Shown: in pieces, positions 48,944-62,721 of the stretch | Numbering within the stretch: position 1 is the stretch's first letter | Layout of the letters: the number at the start of each line of letters is the position of its first letter | From: the human T2T-CHM13v2.0 reference genome, Homo sapiens | Assembly: GCF_009914755.1 (NCBI RefSeq) | Contig: NC_060932.1 | Length of the DNA: 64,000 nucleotides | Reading direction: 5' to 3' (one strand) | Made by a program: the position numbers and the translations under genes | The notes under the pieces: model-generated | What the model saw: the letters and a program-made list of their open reading frames with translations, nothing else | What the model was told of the DNA's origin: nothing | Databases searched by the model: none

Positions 48944-51900
48944 CTCTTGAGTCTTGATTTTTTTAATATAAACAACTATAATACCAATAATTATCTCATG
49001 AGGCCATTGTGAAAATTTTAAAATTATCAGTTTTTTTCTTAACCAGAGCAGAAGGGAAGATAGCCCTGATAAGCAACAGCTATAGAATATATTCAAAGTG
49101 CTGGTGTAGCCCCAACCAATTACAGAGTCAATATGCACTGAATTTGAAAATACATTAAGGACCGATTTCCTCCCATGATTGGGGTTAGCTTTCCTTTCTT
49201 GAGTGTGGTATCTGGTATTCATGATATGTGAACCCTTCATACCCTGTGTCCGCTGAGTTAAGTCCCATGTGAGCCTCACCATGGGTCACAAGACCATCCC
49301 CATTCTATTTTAATGTGCACTACAATTTACCACTGGGAGGAGAATCTGCCAGCCATCATCACCTCCTTTTCTTTGGACACTGTCTTTGTCTTTGTCTGAT
49401 GCCATGACTTAAACTAAAGGAATCTCCTTTCCCTTTTTCTAATGCTGTCATCAAGTAAGCATCACTAGTGCTTGTAATTACCAACTATCATACTTCTCCC
49501 ACCAGTATGAACTTAGATTAGACATAAATTTACAAAGTACCCTTGGAAATTGCGATTTAGGCACCCAGTCCACAATTGAGTTCATTTATGTGTCAATGCA
49601 TGCTTTCTTTATATACATCTTCCTTCCCACTGACATGCCTGGAAGTTTTAACATTCATAGCAGTTGAGCTGAACCCGTGGGTCTAAGAGAAGTTTTGGTG
49701 TGAAGAACCTTCAAGAGTCTTTCTTATGTCATGCTCTAGTTTAGACTCATTTTCAAGTCCAGACACCTGGAACTTTCTTTTGCTCTTCATCTCTGGTTTC
49801 AATGGCTAAATCTGCAGCCACATAGTCTATTTCTTGGACACCTTGTTCATCTCTGAGTCAAGTATAGGACATAATCTTCCCTACTGTTTCCTTCCTTTAC
49901 ACTTCTCGGCCTCTCCTTTTTCAGGCCTTAACTCTAATCAATAAAGAAAAGCAGATTTGTGAAATTTAATTTTCATGGGAAAAAAAGATAAAGATCCATA
50001 GTCCCAAGCACCTGCCTCCTGTCCAGAATGATAACTAGAGACCCCACTTTTAATTCTGAAACTGGAAGTACCAAACCTTTTACTCTTTGTCCGCTTATTC
50101 TTCAGGACAGGTTGATACATCTTCCTTAAGGTTCCTTCCTTCTGCCACAAAGATAACCATGAAGCGAAACAGAAGGCTCCCATTGGCCCCAAGTGGCTGA
50201 CCTGCATCTCTGAGGACTTCCAGATAAGTAGCCTGATGGACAATTGTATTGGCTTTATATCTATCTGAAAATGATCTATTTTGTTCATCTTCTTACAAAT
50301 AATAAAGTTTTTTCATAGTAGTCGTTGCAGCCATAATTTTACATTTCTGCATTTATTATTTAATTCAAGATATAATATGCACATTTTCAGAATAGGAAGT
50401 TTGCCTCCTTTTTTTTATCTATGTGTCACATCATAAGTACAGTTATTGGCCTGTAGGTTTTAAGAAATATTCGTGAAGAAATGACAAATAAATGGAAAAA
50501 AATTCATGGTTTGTTCAATTACATATGAACCCAGTAGTGGTTTGATATGTAAGTTTGGGTGAAGTATCATTGAGGACAGAATGTATAAAGCATTGTTTGA
50601 ACTTGGAAATAGGATGATAAATAAATAGCAGAGGGTAAAAGAAATTTGGCATCTAAAAGAAACAGAGAAAGTAAAGAGAAAAGGAGGGAGAAGGAGGAAG
50701 AAAGGGGGAAGAGAGAGAAAACACACATATATTCTCTTTAGCAATTGCAGGGTTTTTTAGGCTCTAGGCTATGAAAACTATTTGTTTTGCTTATTTTTAT
50801 AATAAATTGCAACTTATTCCAAGTATTACTCAATTATTATTAAAGAATCTATCCCAGTAATCATATAATAGACAAAGTAAGACAAAGTCTTTATTTATTC
50901 CCTCATTTTGCTTCATTTTAGTCAAAAAAGGTTAAGACGAGATAAAGGAGAGGGCAGAGAAGAAAAAAATACGTGTATTTTTTATATTGAAAGAGTGAAA
51001 TCTTGGAAGGAAGTATTTTAGAGAAACAGTCATCAGGAGATATAAGTTCAAATTCAACTTTTGACATTAATTAGTTCAGCAGCCTTGGGGAAAACACTCA
51101 TCTTCATTGCACTCAGATGCTATAACCATAAAAATCACAGAGCACAATGAAGGTAAATTCTACCTTGCTCTAAAAACTGCACTCTTCTTCTTAGTGTAAC
51201 CAGTGAAGATGGCAAGAGTGAAATATCAGGGGTGAAAACATCCCAGACTCTCTGGATTCAGCCCAGTATGTTTCTGGCTAATTCATTAGTACTGCATTAT
51301 AAACTCCTGATAATGCAGTTTATTATTTTTGTGGTTTACTGCACTGGCTCATTTTCCATTTGTAATTTTTATTTTCCTCCATAATAACCCCTTGAAACAA
51401 TTCTCAATTTAATGGAAAGAGGATTGGTCTAGCTATTGGAAAAATAAAGTTTCTAATCCTTCTACCAAAGAGTTCTCTAATTCAGGAAAATAATTTCACT
51501 ATTTGGAACTCAGTTTCATCCTTCAATCACATATTTGTCCCTTCCACAAATACTTATTGAGTATCTACTACATACTAGGTAATGTTTCTTCACCAGCAAA
51601 ATTATATTTTACTACACAGTGCTGTATATCCTAAGGTACTTTCCAGTTCATGAATACAATGTTATTCAATTCTGTTTCTGATTATATTCCAATTCCCAAA
51701 GCTACAAATTTAAGGTTCACCCTTAAGAAGTCATCAGAATGATGACTGATCATTTCTCCAAATGCATTCTATTTCTTCCTTAGTATTCAGAGGGCTGGTT
51801 TCAACTTCCTTCTCTTTCATTGCTTAGGGTTTGCTTCTGTATTCTCATTCAAATCCCCACCTGGCTAAGTTCAACTGGCCAATTATTGCAAGGCCAAAAG

Positions 51901-52599
51901 GAAATGGCACATTCAAAAGTAATTTGAAAATATAAAACACAGCTAAAACTGAGTCATTATTACTGCCTCCAAACTCAAGTGGTAAAAGGAAAGCAACTCA
52001 TAGAAACTCCACAAATCAAATGCTTCTGTTCAAAATTATCTAGTTAAGTTCTTATGTAATTCACTGGGTTCAAATACAGATGCCAAGACAGTGGATGAAG
52101 TTCTACACCACAGTTCTTACAAAAATGCCCAGTAGTCTTAGGAACGCAGCCTATTTTGAGAAAATATTGATATGCTACTAAATAACTTTAATTTCAAAAA
52201 TTTTAATTAAATTTAATTTAAATCAAACTTCCTTAAAACTTTAGTGTTGATTATAAAAAAAAATCTATGTTCCAACCTCTCAGAAGAAAGCTGATTATAT
52301 TTTGTTTTCAATGTAAATCAGTTTGTGCTCTCAGTAGAAATCCTTACCTCTTACCTCACAAGGAAAATAGCAAGCATCAGATAATAACTCTCTCAATTTC
52401 CCATTGCACAGCTACAGACAAATCTGCTCCCATTTCTGTCCTTCCTTCTTCTCCTCCCTACCTTCCTTCCTCCATTCTTTTTTTCTTCCTTCCTTTGTCT
52501 CGCAGTGCTCTGTGTCCCATGGTTTGTGTGCACTGGACAGACCAGGACTGTGTAACACACACATTCCTAATTGTTTACTCATCTGGCTTTATCAGTCCT

Positions 52600-53260
52600 C
52601 AGCCCTTCATCTTGTATCTTTAATATTTCTTTCCATGATGGCTCCTTCTAGTAAACATATCTGAGAGTCTTTCTCATTTAAACAGTGGCTTCTATTCCCC
52701 TAGCCACAGCCCAATTTTTCACCTTCCTATCATAGCCAAGCTTCTTAATAGAATTGTATATCATCACTCATTCACTCTAAAATCAACAGTGTTTAGGTTT
52801 TTGTTCCCACCATATCCACAAATCTACCCTCACTTCAAGAATCTACTTTAATTGCCAAATCAAATAGGCAATATTCATTTACCTTGCTCGAATTATTAGA
52901 AGCAATTGCTATTTTTGACCACTACCTCCACTGTACCTCCTCTATTCTTGGCTGTAGAAACAGCGTCTTCTCCTGGCTTTCCTTCTTTGGTTTCTGTATC
53001 TTCTCCGTAACAGGTTCAATATTTTCTATTCATGCCTTGAACATCATCTGTTCCACAACTACCACTTTCAACTTTTTTCTCAATCTTAACACCCTCCTTG
53101 TGCATGGCATCAAATTCATGATGATGACTCATAGTTCTAAATATCTATGCCTCTGCACCCTCCTGACCTTTAAACCTACAAATGCCTATTGGACATGTTA
53201 ACTTGGATTTCTCATGGTATCCTCAAAATAAATCTATCATTGGCTACTTTAAATAATGGC
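52600..53260 (+). mobile_element. L2 fragment
   Basis: attgccaaatcaaatagg..agcaattgctatttttgaccactacctcc..cttctcctggctttcct. Confidence 0.65.
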
Positions 53261-53269
53261 AGTACCACA

Positions 53270-53700
53270 GCAGATCTCCTTCCAATCTTTCTTATCAATT
53301 CTCTTTTACAGTATCTGTGCACCACTCACAAAAAGGTGGGCTTTCAGTGGCCAGCACTTGCAGATTTTTGAGCCACAGTACCCAGAGGTGAAAGGAGACA
53401 GATCTTCCTGGACGATTACCACCCCAATCACCTGCACAGCTTTTTACCAATGACTGTGAGCAAGGGTGTAGAGAAGCCTAGTTGCCTTGCCTTCAGATAG
53501 GCTATCTCTGAGGCTTCATATTCCAGAAATCTCATTTAGGAACTTTACCTGAGGTTGCATGCTCACTGAGCTTTTTTTCACCTTCCTTATTTACTTCCCC
53601 CACTTCCTTGTCAGTGTCCTATGGCAATACGTCCTCAATAAACCACTTTCACTCAAATCTTTTACTCAAAATCTGCTTCCAGAGAACTCAACTCAAGACA
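53270..53700 (+). mobile_element. LTR16-like ERVL LTR
   Basis: cctcaataaaccactttcactcaaatc..tctgcttccagagaactcaactcaagaca terminus. Confidence 0.65.
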
Positions 53701-56372
53701 CCCTATCACAAAGACTTCAATTTTTTTCCCTAGTTTTGGTCAATATTATGGTTATTCTTTTTTTTTTCAAGTTAGAAATTTAGGAGTACCAGCAGGTATC
53801 TTAATCTGGATTATTAAAAATATCTCAACTTGTTCATATTGTACTCCTCACTCTTGCTCTTTAGTAATATGGAGCTATTTAAAATTCCCAGAATATATCA
53901 AGCTATCTCTAACTGTAATGTCATATAGCAGCCCAACCAAACCCCAAAATATAACTACAAAAGTTAAATTCATTTCCATGCTTCTGTGAAATTCTGCAGC
54001 TTTATTAAATAATATTATCTGCCTGAATTCTCAAGTTACAGAGGAAGAGGATATATTTTGGGTACAAGAATAGATCGGCTTAGAGTGACAAGGTGGTGAC
54101 TTTGACCTGTCAGAGAGAAATATGTACCACATGTCTTAGATGAAAGAGAAGGAGGTGGTGATCATTGTTCAGGAATGAAAGTTACACAGACCAGAATGAC
54201 AAACTTGCTCAACTTTCCAAGTGTGACTTGGACTATGGTGTATATGCCAGTAAGTCACTGAAAACTATGATCATTGCCTAAATAGCAGCACTAGTTTGAA
54301 ATGTTAGAAATCAGAGGTATTCCAAGGAATCCCAATCTTTATTTCAACAAATTTGGATAATCTTGTCTAAATACTCTGCATTTCATCTTGATGTTTCTCC
54401 ATTTCATCTCAAATCTTTCCTCTTCCCACACTATGAGGAGAGAAATGAAATGAGGAATCCAAATAATTGGAAGATAATATATGTAAAACTATACTTACCT
54501 GTACTTTACATTCATTTAAAAAATTAAACAAACACCTACTGTATGGCAGACATGGTGCTAGATGCTGCAGACACAGTAGTTGACAAAAGGGACAAGGTAC
54601 CTGCCTTTGTGATATTTACTCTGCTGTGTAAACAACTAAAGAATAAGGTTCTCCTTTCATCCACCTCCAACTCTCCAGTGTCTCAAGTGTCTGAGACAAC
54701 ACTAAATAAATTTGTTAAATTAATGAATAAATAAACTCTAATGGTCCTTTATCAGCATGATACAGTAATACATCTTGTGCTTTACTATAGAATTCATTTC
54801 CTGAGAGTTTTTTTTAATTATACATTACACTGTTGCATTATCCCATCCCATGCATTTAACATGACCAAAGAAAAGAATCATTATGGTAACAGAAATAAGC
54901 TATTATGCTATCAACTACTATCCATAATTAGATGCACATACTTCCTTTTTAATTTCTCAGTGCTTATTCAGAAACAACTGTCATTGTAATTATCATTGAC
55001 CTTGATATAATCCTCTCTTCAAATAAGGTACACCTGATGCATCAATTACCCTAAATTACTAAACTCTCAATGTAATTGAAAAGTAAACAATCAAAGAAAA
55101 TAATCTATTGAATCGTATGACCAAATACACCCTCATACAAAAATGCAAATATGCTTTTCCTTGACTGCTAAAGATTGCAATTTATTTGAAATACCCAGCC
55201 CAAAGTGAATATCCATATTACTGTAATGTAAGCAAATTACTGGTAGCTCCCATCATGTGCTAGACTAGGGTCATATTTATGTGGCTCAAGTATGGTAGAT
55301 AATTGCTGTCTTGCTAATTTGATCAGTTGGATAATTACATTAACTGGACTAACAAATATTAGTATCATTTATCTACATGACCATATTAAAGGAACTGAAA
55401 CTAGTCCACTTAGTTTTCTTCAGTTGCATTAGCCCGTAGTTACAGTGTTAGATATCAAAATAGCTCAACCCTAAGAATAAATAGGATATTCAGAAAATAT
55501 AGCCATGGTCTTCATGTGTCTGTTGACTACCGACAGTACCCTTGGCAAAGAGAGAATTGTACCCATCATTGATATACTTCAGGTCCTAGAATACTCATTT
55601 TCATTGTCTTATGGAATTTTGGATGGAATTATATAGATAATTGCCTCCATTTTCTATATCCTTTGAAAGTGAGTGTCTATGCTGCCACAATTCTGAAATG
55701 ATTCAGAAAATAAGTTAACCAAGCACCTCAAATTTGTGGGAGGAAACAAGATTCTTCAATTATTTCTATGTGTGAACACTTAGAGACTTTTTTGTCCTGA
55801 ATCCCAATATTTTTTACAAATACATAGAATGAAAGCAAAGTATATCATTTCACCAGTTAAGGCCAACAGGCACTTCTTGCTTGATCATATAGTCCATAAT
55901 CAAAATAATATCTTTCTTAAGATATTGAAGTTTGAAAGAAAAAGATAGGCTTCTCCTTTAATGTAAATTAAAGTTACAGTTCTGCATCTATGTTTCCAAA
56001 AGAAAATCTAGTACTCATGCAAGAAACAAACATATACACTCATATACTTCCTTAATACCAAGGAAAAACACCTCTTAATATTGATAATTTATGTAAATTT
56101 AGTATTTAAAAGGTGGTTTTTAATGAGTACGGAACAAAAATTTGATGTCCACTTGTTACCATATTTAGAGCCAACTCTGACATCATAATAAAAATGATGG
56201 GATTAAAACGATAAGCATTTCAAGAGAAGGAAATAAAGTGAATAAAAGCACTTTAAGTGTCCAGGAGTTATCATTGTATCAAAACCCACATAACGTTATC
56301 AACTTTTGGATGTTTTTACCTTATTCTATTTATTTATCCCTGGACAGAATATCCACAACAAATGATACCTGT

Positions 56373-56739
56373 TGTATTAGTCTGCTTTCATGCTATGAAT
56401 AAAGACATAACCGAGACTGGGCAGTTTACAAAAGATAGAGGTTTAATTGGACTTATAGTTCCACGTAGCTGGGGAAGCCTCACAATCATGGCAGAAGGCA
56501 AGGAGGAGCAAGTCACATCTTATATAGATGGCAGCAGGCAAAGAGAGAGCTTGTGCAGAGAAACTCCGGTTTTTAAAACCATCAAATCTTGTGAGACCCA
56601 TTCACTATCACAAGAACAGCACCAGAACTACCCGCCCCCATGATCCAATCATCTCCCACTGAGTCCCTCTCACAACACGTGGGAATTATGAGAGCTACGA
56701 GATGAGATTTGGCTGGGGGCACAAAGCCAAACCATATCA
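56373..56739 (-). mobile_element. THE1A/B-like solo LTR
   Basis: tgtattagtctgctttcatgct...agccaaaccatatca; TSD cctgt / tctgt. Confidence 0.93.
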
Positions 56740-56926
56740 TCTGTCCAATCATTCTAAACTCACTGGAATTTATTAACATTCTTATTTGTATTTACTTATT
56801 ATGGCAACTAAAACCTATAACCAACTCAAAACATGCCAAACAGGGAACATTATTCAGAAAAATATATATACTAAATATATTAACTTTGTGATTAGATGCT
56901 GCTTTAAAGAGCATGCCATTTTTGGC

Positions 56927-56957
<31 letters not shown>

Positions 56958-57260
56958 TATAAAATGGTAAGGATAAATCTTAAAAGATATGTTTAAAAAA
57001 TTATAAATTTATGTGAAAATGGCAAAATATAACTGAGATAAATTAGAGAAGACTTAATTAAATAGAGAGATATATGGTGTTATATATGGTGTTCATGCAG
57101 TGAAAATTCAATACTGTTAGAAAGCAAATTCTCCCTAAATTCACCTATGAGTTCAATGCATTCCCAATCCAAAGTCTGGAAAGCTTTTCTTTTAATTTGA
57201 TGAAGTCATTCTAAAATTCACATAGAAATGAAAAGGATTTCGGAGAGCTAAACCAACTTT

Positions 57261-57568
57261 TTGTTTTGTTTTGTTTTTTGTTTTTTCAGACGGAGTCTCC
57301 TTCTGTCGCCCAGGCTGGAGTGCAGTGGCACAATCTCGGCTCACTGCAAGCTCGGCCTTCTGGGTTCATGCCATTCTCCTTGCCCCAGCCTTTCGAGTAG
57401 CTGGGACTACAGGCACCCGCCACCACGCCCAGCTAATTTTTTATATTTTTAGTAGAGACGAGGTTTCACCGTGTTAGCCAGGATGGTCTCGATGTCCTCA
57501 TCTCGTGATCCGCCTGCCTCGGCCTCCCAAAGTGTTGGGATTACAGGCGTGAGCCACGGTGCCCGGCC
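57261..57568 (-). mobile_element. AluY
   Basis: Y diagnostics cactgcaagctc, gccattctcc, ccgtgttagccaggatggtctcgat; TSD CTAAACCAACTTT at 57248-57260 and 57570-57582. Confidence 0.95.
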
Positions 57569-58057
57569 ACTAAACCAACTTTGAAAAAGAACGAGGATAA
57601 AGGGCTAACACTAGCTGATTCCAAGAATTACTATAAAGCTACATTAATCAAGATAGTGTGGCATCACCCTCCAGATGGACAAATGGATCAATGGAATATT
57701 AAGAAATAACCTGCATATATGTGAACAACTGATTTTGACAATGGTGCAAAAGCTACAAAGTAGATAAAGAATAACCTCTCAACTACGTGCTGGAACAATT
57801 GGATATTCACATGCAACAAAAAAATTTAAACCCATACACAGCATGATAGACAAAAATGTATTCAAAATGAGCGATAGACCTAAACAGAAAACCTACACTA
57901 TAAAATTTCTGGAAGAAAACCTAGGGAAAAAAAATCTTTGTAAACTTGTGTTAGCAAGAATTTATGAGATACAACACTAAAAGTCCAATCAATAAAAGAA
58001 CAAATAAATTGGACTTCATCAAAATTAAAATGTCCTGTTCTTGAAAAAAACACTGTT

Positions 58058-58289
58058 GCCGGGCACGGTGTGGCTCACACCTGTAATCCCAGCACTTTGG
58101 GAGGCCGAGGCAGGCGGATCACAAGGTCAGGAGATCAAGACCATCCTGGCTAACACGGTGAAATCCCGTCTCTACTTAAAAAAAAAAAAAAAGAAAAAAA
58201 AAATTAGCCGGGCATGGTGGCAGGCGCCTGTAGTCCCAGCTACTTGGGAGGCTGAGGCAGCCTGGGCAATAGAGCAAGACTCCGTCTCA

Positions 58290-58314
<25 letters not shown>
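58058..58314 (+). mobile_element. AluY with ~64-bp right-arm deletion
   Basis: gaccatcctggctaacacggtgaaa diagnostic; junction gaggcag|cctgggc; TSD AAAAAAACACTGTT at 58044-58057 and 58315-58328. Confidence 0.93.
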
Positions 58315-58321
<7 letters not shown>

Positions 58322-58494
58322 CACTGTTAAGAGAATGAAAAGATAGACTCAATCTAGGGGAAAGCATTTGCAAAGAATATATCCTACAAAAGACATGTGT
58401 TTAGAACACATAAATAACTCTTAAAATATTTTTTTTAAAAACAGACTTTTTAAAATGGGCAAAATATTTGAACAGACACTTCACCAAAAAATAA

Positions 58495-58885
58495 CAGTCA
58501 ATTCTTATTAATGACTACAGTTATGTTCTGTAAACTGTCAGTGAACACTGACTTAGGGAATACTGAACCATTGCTACTAGGGGAAATAAGTACATAGATA
58601 GGTATATAGAGAGATAGATATAGACATATCTCACATAGATTATAATCTTAAATTCTAAAAATGACTCACCCTGGTCAATTCTATTTTTCTTTTCTTTTTT
58701 TTTTTTTTTACAGAAGAGAAAATAAGGTTCAACAATGTGAAATGCTTGCCTGAGCCCACCACATTAACAAGTGCCAGAGTTGGAATTCGAACCCCATTGC
58801 AACTAACTCTGAGGTTCTTCTGGCACTATACTGCACTTGCCCTTACTCTCTTCATCTTCTGGCCACCTCTGTATAAGAGGCTATT
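58495..58885. mobile_element. MER47-like TcMar-Tigger non-autonomous element
   Basis: cagtcaattcttatt..gttatgttctgtaaa..gaacactga..gaatactgaaccattgct..aggggaaata; internal MIR-like stretch. Confidence 0.65.
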
Positions 58886-58896
58886 CATATTCTTGT

Positions 58897-59311
58897 TGTA
58901 TTATTAAGAATTCTCCAGAAAAACAAAACTGATAGCATATACATAAATATATAAGAGGGAACTAGTTAGAGGAATTGGCTTATGCAATTATGGAGACCAA
59001 AATGTACCACAATCTGTTATCTGTAAGCTGGAGAATCAGACATCCCTGTGGTGTAATTCAGTCTGAGTCCAAAGGCCTGTGAACCTAGAGGATTGCTGCT
59101 CTAAGGTCCAAAAGTCAAAGACCTGAGAACCTGGATTTCTGTTGTTCAAGGACAGTAGAAGATGGATGTCTCAGTTCCAGAAGAGAGTGAATTTGCCCTT
59201 TCTCTGCCTTTTGTTCTATCCAGGCCTTTAGAGGATTAGATGATACTCCTCATCTAATCACACGTTGGTGAAGGTGGATCTTCTTTATTCACTCCACTGA
59301 ATACTGATGCT
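58897..59311 (-). mobile_element. MLT2 (B/C-like) LTR, truncated
   Basis: ttctccagaaaaacaaaac..ggaattggcttatgcaattatggag..ggtgtaattcagtctgagtccaaaggcctg. Confidence 0.85.
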
Positions 59312-59683
59312 CAGTAATAAAAAGAAATGCATTTTGATATGTACAACATTGTAGGACGAATCTCAAAATACATATGCTAAGTGAAAGAAGCCAGACCAAA
59401 AAGATTGCATACTGTGTGATTCAACATACATAAAATTTCAGGAAACATAAACTAATGCTTAGTAACAGAATTCAGATCAGGAGTTTGGTGAGTGGAGCAG
59501 CAGGCAGGGACAACAAAGAGGCATGATTAATCTTTTGGAAAGAATGGATAGGTACAATATGCTGTTGTAATAATGGTTCCATGGATGTATACCTATGTCA
59601 GAACTTAAACTGTGTAGTTGAAATATGTGCAATTTATTGTGTGTAAATGAAACCTAATAAAGCCGTTTAATCTTTCTGTGATG

Positions 59684-60030
59684 TCTTAGGTAAGATTCCT
59701 CAAGAAACACTCTGAAAGGGGATGTGAGTGCAGAAATGTATTCGGTAATTCACTGGAGAAAAACACCTAGGAAGGAGTGACAAAGCAGAGAAGTAGGAAG
59801 CTTTGGAGTTGTCCCAAATTGATGAGAGAGATCTGATTATTTGCACCTCTGCTTCAACCAGCCTTTGTATTTCAGCTGTCTCTAGGGAAAGGGCAGAACC
59901 TTCATGAAGCAGTTTCCTTCAGCCAATGGCAATCCCCTGAGAGTGACACAGCTGTGAAATATCTATACACAATATTTTCAGCAACTTGGGAATGATTGCC
60001 TGAATCTGGATAACACATCGTAACATCCAT
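59684..60030 (-). mobile_element. Old ERVL-type LTR (LTR16/33/41-like)
   Basis: tgtcttaggtaagattcctcaagaaacactctga start; adjoins ERVL-like internal sequence. Confidence 0.5.
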
Positions 60031-61029
60031 CAACCTATATTTATCATTTCTCTCCTCATTTTCTACTACTACCTATTAGGATTCCTCTGAGCCTCAAAAA
60101 TGCTCCAAATGCTTTCTTCTCTCATTGTGTCCCAGAAGCCTACTAACTCCTGATTATAGGATCAATTGCCTGTCCTATGAGAGTGATTCCTTAACTTCTT
60201 GCTAGTATGCCATAAGAAGCTCAGAATAACTGAGTGGCATCTATAGCATAAAACTTAATGGGAATCCCCTTGTGACCCCTATTAGAGGGTACCCCTTCTG
60301 AGAATCAACTTTAAATCCCAGGGTTGTGAGGCCATAATGCACAAATTTCCCCAAGCGGATCATAAAGAGTATAGCCATTCATAATTCAACCCCTTGGTTC
60401 TTGGGCCAGTATAATCTACCTACTAGTGACAGGGTATTATATGATTATTTATGTAGGTGTATACTCTACAGGATGATGTTTCCTTCCTGCAGGGTATCTT
60501 CTCCAAACTCACTCATTAGTTCTGCTTTCAAAAAAGCATTCAATAATTCTAGCAGGTCAGCCGTTGTCACTGCAGGACAAATACTCTGAAAGCTCTTAGT
60601 GAACGGTGCTTTCTGAGACTCCATGAGCAAGAAGGAAATCAACTTGTTACCAGTTTGCAAGCTGGCCAGTTGATCTCTTTGAAGGATGGTGCTATATGAG
60701 GGAACACACTTGGGATTCTGTAGTATATTTGTCAGGTTGTACAATAGCTACAGTGGCTTGATCAGACTTAGCCAGGGAAAGCCCATGCCCCTTGTTCCAC
60801 ACATAGCCTCCATCTCTACCACCATGGTTTCTCTGACTAGAAGCCCATTATTCCAGCACCAGGGAGGCTGAACAAGAGTCTGACTAATATCAGCTAGCCT
60901 AGTCATATGCCTTATTAGGCTTCTAGGGCCTGTTTTGTGATGGATGGTTTCTGCTTATACGGACATTTTGTGCCCATTCCCACAGCCCATCTGCATGCCT
61001 CCTCCTCAGACTTCTTTCAATCTTTCTTC

Positions 61030-61480
61030 TTCTAGGTCTCTATTCTACAGCCTTATCAAGGTAAAATTAACAAACAAAAATGTTAAATGTTTGATGTGTA
61101 CAATGTGATGTTTTAATATATTTATATATTGCAAAATGATACCACAATCAAGCTAATTAACATATCTATCACTTCTCATAATTACCATTGTGTGTGTCTC
61201 TGTGTATGTGTGTGTGCCATAATAACAATAAAGATCTATTCTCTTAGTGAAGCTCAAGTAGAAAATATGTTATTATTGGCTATAGTCACCATGATTTATA
61301 TTAGGTCTCCAGAATTTATTCATCTTATAACTTAGTTTATATCTTTTGATCAACATTTCCCCTGGTAGCCACCCTATTTCTATGAATTAGACTTTTTTAG
61401 ATTTCACATATATGTGAGCACATGCAGCATTTGTCTTTCTGTGCCTTGCTTCATTTAATATAATGTCCTTCAGTTTCCTC
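61030..61480 (-). mobile_element. L1MA9/10-like 3' end
   Basis: gtgtacaatgtgatgtttt..accacaatcaagctaattaacatatctatcac..ccagaatttattcatcttataact. Confidence 0.85.
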
Positions 61481-61696
61481 ATCACTGTCTTTCAGCACCA
61501 TGCCTGAGTGAGGTTATAACTTAGCAGCAGTCCATTTACAGTTCACATTCATATATCAAGCCAATTTGTATTTCAGTTAAGTTTGAACTTTTTTTCATAC
61601 TAAGAACTTTAGTATGAAGTGAGAGTGCTGTAACTAACAGTGGTGAATTACATGAGGGGTTGAGCCACTTGTTCATGTAACTTACATGTGCCCCCA

Positions 61697-62721
61697 TGTT
61701 GCAGGAAGTCAGTGACCCCGAATGGAGGGACTGGCTGGAGCCACAGCAGAGGAACATAAATTGTGAAGATTTCATCTTAATATGGACATTTATCAGTTCC
61801 CAAACGATACTTTTATAATTTCTTATGCCTGTCTTTAATCTCTTAATCTTGTTTTCTTTGTAAGCTGAGGATGTACGTCGCCTCAGGACCACCGTGATAA
61901 TTGTGTTCACTGTACAAATTGATTGTAAAACATGTGTGTTTGAACAATATAAAATCAGTGCACCTTCAAAAAGAACAGAATAACAGTGATTTTTATGGAA
62001 CAAGGGAAGACAACCATAAGGTTTGACTGCCTGTGGATTTGGGCAAAAAGAGCCATATTTTTCTTCTGCAGAGAGCCTATAAATGGACGTGCCAGTAAGA
62101 GAGATATCGCTAAATTCTTTTCCTAGCAAGGAATATTAATATTAATACCCTGGGAAAGGAATGCATTCCTGGGGGGAGGTCTATAAATGGCTGCTCTGGG
62201 AATGTCTGTCTTGTGCAGTTGAGATAAGGACTGAGATACGCCTTGGTCTCCTGCTTACTAGGGTGGGGAAAAACTCCACCCTGGTAAATTTGTGGTCAGA
62301 CCAGTTCTCTGCTTTCAAACCCTGTTTTCTGTTGTTTATGATGTTTATCAAGACAATACATGCACCACTGAACATAGACCCTTATCGGTGGTTCTGCTTT
62401 TGCCCTTTGTCCTGTTCCCTCAGAAGCATGTGATCTTTGTTAGACCCTTATTAGTGGTTCTGCTTTTGCCCTTTGAAGTGTGTGATCTTTGTACCTACTT
62501 CCTGTCCTTACATCCCCTCCCCTTTTGAAACCCTTAATAAACACTTGCTGGTCTGAGACTCAGGTGGGCATCATGGTCCTACCGATATGTGATGTCACCC
62601 CTGGCAGCCCAGCTGTAAAATTCCTCTCTTTGTACTGTCTCTCTTTATTTCTCAGCCAGCCAACACTTATGGAAAATAGAAAGAACCTATGTTGAAATAT
62701 TGGGGGCGGGTTCCCCCAATA
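61697..62721 (+). mobile_element. MER11 solo LTR (HERV-K11/HML-8)
   Basis: tgttgcaggaagtcagtgaccccgaatggagggactggctgga...gttgaaatattgggggcgggttcccccaata; TSD ccccca / ccccga. Confidence 0.93.

Larger units (their letters stand above)
56965..59668 (+). mobile_element. Old L1 (L1MC/MD/ME class) interrupted by two Alus, MER47 and MLT2
   Basis: ORF2 3' motifs (tgaacagacacttcacca); 3' end at 59312-59668 (atgctaagtgaaagaagccagac..aataaagccgtt). Confidence 0.8.

Noticed and set aside
49630-49665. CYEC..PG motif on the minus strand suggestive of a Gag zinc knuckle
   Set aside because: Needs a stop and frameshifts to be read, with no supporting flanking homology that I can recognise.
61536-62129. 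197-aa minus-strand ORF
   Set aside because: Lies antisense across the MER11 LTR and its flank; no recognisable domain.
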